The notes beneath the pieces are model-generated. The model searched no databases. It was not told the origin of the DNA and saw only the letters and a list, made by a program, of their open reading frames with translations. The translations under genes were made by a program, and so were the position numbers. DNA of 5,050 nucleotides from Candidatus Iainarchaeum sp. (GTDB taxonomy: Archaea > Iainarchaeota > Iainarchaeia > Iainarchaeales > GCA-2688035). Location: NCBI GenBank assembly GCA_028713935.1, contig JAQTNI010000059.1, positions 1-5,050 on the forward strand, written 5' to 3'. Shown here one piece after another: positions 2,772 through 5,050 of the stretch; position 1 is the stretch's first letter, and each line of letters opens with the position of its first letter.

Positions 2772-5050
2772 TCAAAAGGCTTTTTTGTTTTCGGCTATTG
2801 CTTTCATTACTTTTTCGTGCATTCTTTTTACAAAGTCTATCCTGCCTTCCATGCGCAGTACATCTGAATAGCCCTGTGCAAAAAGGTTGAATGCGAATGG
2901 CGATGGGCTGTCTGAATTTATTTCAACGATTTTTATTGCCTTGGATTTAATCTTGTCAACTACAAATTCAGCGTTTTTTATGTCCATTAAGTCCTCCAGG
3001 ATTTCCCTGCGGGTTTCTTTTAGGATTGGAAATTCCCTTCCAATCCTTTTTACTGCGTAAAGGAGCAGGCGGGAATGCATCTGCTGCCTTCCCACTGTTT
3101 TTGTTTTTCCCTTGTAAGAACGTAGAATCATTAATGCCCTTGTTGCGCAGTGCCTGAATCGCCTGCCCATTATTTCTGAATTTTCAATTGCAAGCTCTGC
3201 TATATCCCTTAAAGAATTTTTTTCAAGCAGGGAAAGCGCTTTCTGCATTGGCAATATGGGCGCTGCAAGCACAAAGCCGTTGTCAGTAAGCACTATTTCA
3301 ATGTCCTTATGGATTAGCCTTCCAAGCAGATAGGCAAAAACCCTGCTTAATGCGTCGTTCACTCTTCTTCCGTAAAGCGCATGGAAAATCGCATAGCGTT
3401 TTTCGTAATCCGAATAATATTCAATAATGAGCTTTTTTGGAACGGGAATTTTTGAATAAAGGAATTGTTCCCTGAAATACTCAAAAATCGCGTTTGCGGA
3501 ATTTTTGTCAACATACAAATAAGAATTAATGAATTCAATGATTTCTTTTTTTGTTTTTTTTGCGCGGAATTTTTCCTCCATAAGCGAGCGGAATTTTTGT
3601 ATTTCAACTGCAAGGCCAATTGAAAGCGGCAACATTTCACTGAACCAGCTTGGGACTGTTGGCGGCCTTTTGTATGCAGGGGCGACTTGTGCAGTGTTTC
3701 CCCTTGAAAATTTGAAAACATAGCTTTGCCCTCCCAAAACAAAAACATCGTTTGGCCTCAAATGTTCCAAAAAAATCTCATCAATAGTGCCAATTGCATG
3801 AATTCCTATTTTTACTGCAATTTTTGCTTCATCAGGAATAGTGCCAATGTTTGTCATGTAAAGCACTCTTGCAAGCTTTCCCCTTTTCCCAATCATTCCG
3901 CTTTGCTCGTCAAACCAGATTTTTGCATAAACATGCCTTGTTTCAAGGCTTGAATAGTGCCCTGACAAATATTTTATGACTTCGTCAAAATCAAGTTTTG
4001 AAAGATTCCTATAGCAATAAGAATGCCTTACAAGGGCAAAAACATCTTTTTCAGGAGTCGGGGAATTGATTGCAATTCCAAAAATCTGCTGTGCCAGAAC
4101 ATCAAGGCAGTTCTGCGGAATGTCAATTGTGTCAATATGCTGTTCAAGGGCATTTTTCAAAAGCACTGCGCATTCAACCAAGTCATCCCTGTCAAGCACA
4201 ACAATTCTGCCTTTTACAGTGTCATGCAACCTGTGCCCGGACCGGCCGCAATTATGAACTATAACATTTCCAACAACAAAGTTATTGGGGTCGGATTCAA
4301 GAGTCAAATTATAAACTGGTTTTTTTGTTTTGATCTTTCTTATTGATTCAATATCTTCCCAATGCAAAAATTTTTCGAATTGTGGCAAAGAAAAAGAGGT
4401 TCTGGGCATTGAATCCATTATTTTAGCTGAACTCCCTGATTTTTCTCCAAATTCGGGAATTCTTAAAAAAAAATTCTTCAAATTATTTTGCCCTGTCACT
4501 GTTACAAAATAGACTTTGGATTTGCTAACTTTAGGGATAAGCTTTGAAGGTTTAACTGTTGTTGTTTTAACATTGTTGTGATAACCCATGCGAGAAAATA
4601 GGAAATGAAGCCCTAAAGCAAATTTTTTACTGCAACTGACTATGCGAACAACAGCGCCTGTTTTTGACCTGTTAAAGTTTCCATCCCCCTCAAACACACC
4701 TTCGAGATAAGCGTGAACCAATTCTGGGGGCAATTCAAAAATTGGCTTTCCCACTTCAATTGTTTTGCTCTTATTCTTGCACTTTAAGCCAAGCGGGAAT
4801 AAAAGAAAGGCAAGAAGATTAGAACCTAGTTCCAAAACAAACAAATCTTTAGGGTTTGCTTTCCTTTTTGAGATATAACCATTTAAACCAAAAGAGGATA
4901 TTATTTCTTCGGTTTTTTGAATTGCTTTTTTTGATTTCATTCCAAGCTTAAGCTTGTAATAAACAGAATTTGTCGGTTTACCAAAACTCTTAACTATGCA
5001 ACCATCCCTTGCCATTAAACCAGCAAACCACATCAGTTCTTTTGTTCGCC
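2772..5050 (-). CDS. lhr: Lhr-family (large helicase-related) SF2 ATP-dependent helicase, 5'-truncated by the window edge. It comprises the C-terminal extein (2775-4250) plus an in-frame intein (4251 to beyond 5050).
   Basis: One continuous frame runs from the window edge to TGA 2772-2774; codons 5034-5048 still read RTKEL before the first Met of the track ORF. After the intein junction the protein reads CGRSGHRLHDT (the end of helicase motif VI, GRxGH type). It then shows motifs I associate with the Lhr DEAD/H-associated C-terminal region: QNCLDVLAQQIFGIA, YAKIWFDE, IGTIDEIFLEHL, VFVLGGQSYVF, PSWFSEMLPLS, YGRRVNDAL, RRFRHCATRALMILR. Confidence 0.92.
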   Translation of the reverse strand, partial: RTKELMWFAGLMARDGCIVKSFGKPTNSVYYKLKLGMKSKKAIQKTEEIISSFGLNGYISKRKANPKDLFVLELGSNLLAFLLFPLGLKCKNKSKTIEVGKPIFELPPELVHAYLEGVFEGDGNFNRSKTGAVVRIVSCSKKFALGLHFLFSRMGYHNNVKTTTVKPSKLIPKVSKSKVYFVTVTGQNNLKNFFLRIPEFGEKSGSSAKIMDSMPRTSFSLPQFEKFLHWEDIESIRKIKTKKPVYNLTLESDPNNFVVGNVIVHNCGRSGHRLHDTVKGRIVVLDRDDLVECAVLLKNALEQHIDTIDIPQNCLDVLAQQIFGIAINSPTPEKDVFALVRHSYCYRNLSKLDFDEVIKYLSGHYSSLETRHVYAKIWFDEQSGMIGKRGKLARVLYMTNIGTIPDEAKIAVKIGIHAIGTIDEIFLEHLRPNDVFVLGGQSYVFKFSRGNTAQVAPAYKRPPTVPSWFSEMLPLSIGLAVEIQKFRSLMEEKFRAKKTKKEIIEFINSYLYVDKNSANAIFEYFREQFLYSKIPVPKKLIIEYYSDYEKRYAIFHALYGRRVNDALSRVFAYLLGRLIHKDIEIVLTDNGFVLAAPILPMQKALSLLEKNSLRDIAELAIENSEIMGRRFRHCATRALMILRSYKGKTKTVGRQQMHSRLLLYAVKRIGREFPILKETRREILEDLMDIKNAEFVVDKIKSKAIKIVEINSDSPSPFAFNLFAQGYSDVLRMEGRIDFVKRMHEKVMKAIAENKKAF
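4251..5050 (-). mobile_element. Intein with a two-motif LAGLIDADG homing-endonuclease domain. Only the C-terminal part is in the window; the N-terminal splicing blocks lie beyond position 5050.
   Basis: LAGLIDADG motif 1 is LMWFAGLMARDG (about 5001-5036) and motif 2 is LVHAYLEGVFEGDG (4680-4721). The C-terminal splicing blocks are KPVYNLTLESDPNNFVVGNVIVHN, ending in His-Asn (4251-4256), followed by the +1 Cys (4248-4250). The element is in frame with the helicase extein throughout. Confidence 0.88.

Noticed and set aside
2536-2775. 79-aa minus-strand ORF (TTG start) and 60-aa plus-strand ORF (2567-2749) in the lhr/zinc-ribbon spacer
   Set aside because: Both run through the palindrome array, whose GC-A(n)-GC repeats are stop-poor on both strands. 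That the two ORFs mirror each other is itself a sign of artefact. Neither has a convincing SD. The minus ORF is Cys/Lys/Phe-rich low-complexity sequence. A tiny membrane peptide from the plus ORF (MGLLASLLRVFTGFFILI...) cannot be strictly excluded.
3359-4512. ORFs nested inside the helicase gene: 3359-3748 (-), 3529-3723, 3726-3953, 4023-4346, 4066-4257, 4070-4264 and 4330-4512 (+)
   Set aside because: All are alternative-frame or antisense shadows of a long ORF that is clearly homologous to helicase and intein sequences. They have low-complexity or Cys/Phe-rich compositions and no SD sites.
4944-4955. Perfect 12-nt palindrome aagcttaagctt, and scattered aaaagctttt-type palindromes (for example 272-283 and 868-885)
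   Set aside because: They fall inside coding sequence and correspond to Lys-Leu / Lys-Ala-Phe codon strings. They are short and expected in AT-rich, Lys-rich genes.

Overview
AT-rich window (hand-counted samples give about 33-40% GC in coding DNA and less in spacers). It is most simply read as an archaeal chromosomal segment. That assignment is an inference from a DUF63-like membrane protein, an intein-containing Lhr-type helicase, TATA-like boxes and oligo-T terminators; a DPANN-like lineage is only a guess. Gene content from left to right: a small coiled-coil ORF (40-303, +); an 8-TM DUF63-like membrane protein (319-1182, +); a convergent minus-strand ORF of unknown function whose open frame runs far upstream of its only start codon (1206-1700/1722); a bacterioferritin-family protein (1728-2147, -); a 54-aa CxxC-x17-CxxC zinc-ribbon gene that is missing from the ORF track (2342-2506, -); a 265-nt spacer packed with related palindromes; and the 3' two-thirds of an Lhr-type SF2 helicase (2772 to beyond 5050, -). 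The helicase is interrupted at motif VI by a LAGLIDADG homing-endonuclease intein (4251 to beyond 5050). I found no rRNA, tRNA, CRISPR array or transposase. I see no convincing multi-gene novel system (defence island or similar). The points worth a second look are the intein, the frame-disrupted gene next to bfr, the hidden zinc-ribbon gene and the palindrome array or candidate antisense RNA. All family assignments rest on motif recognition by eye, not on database searches.
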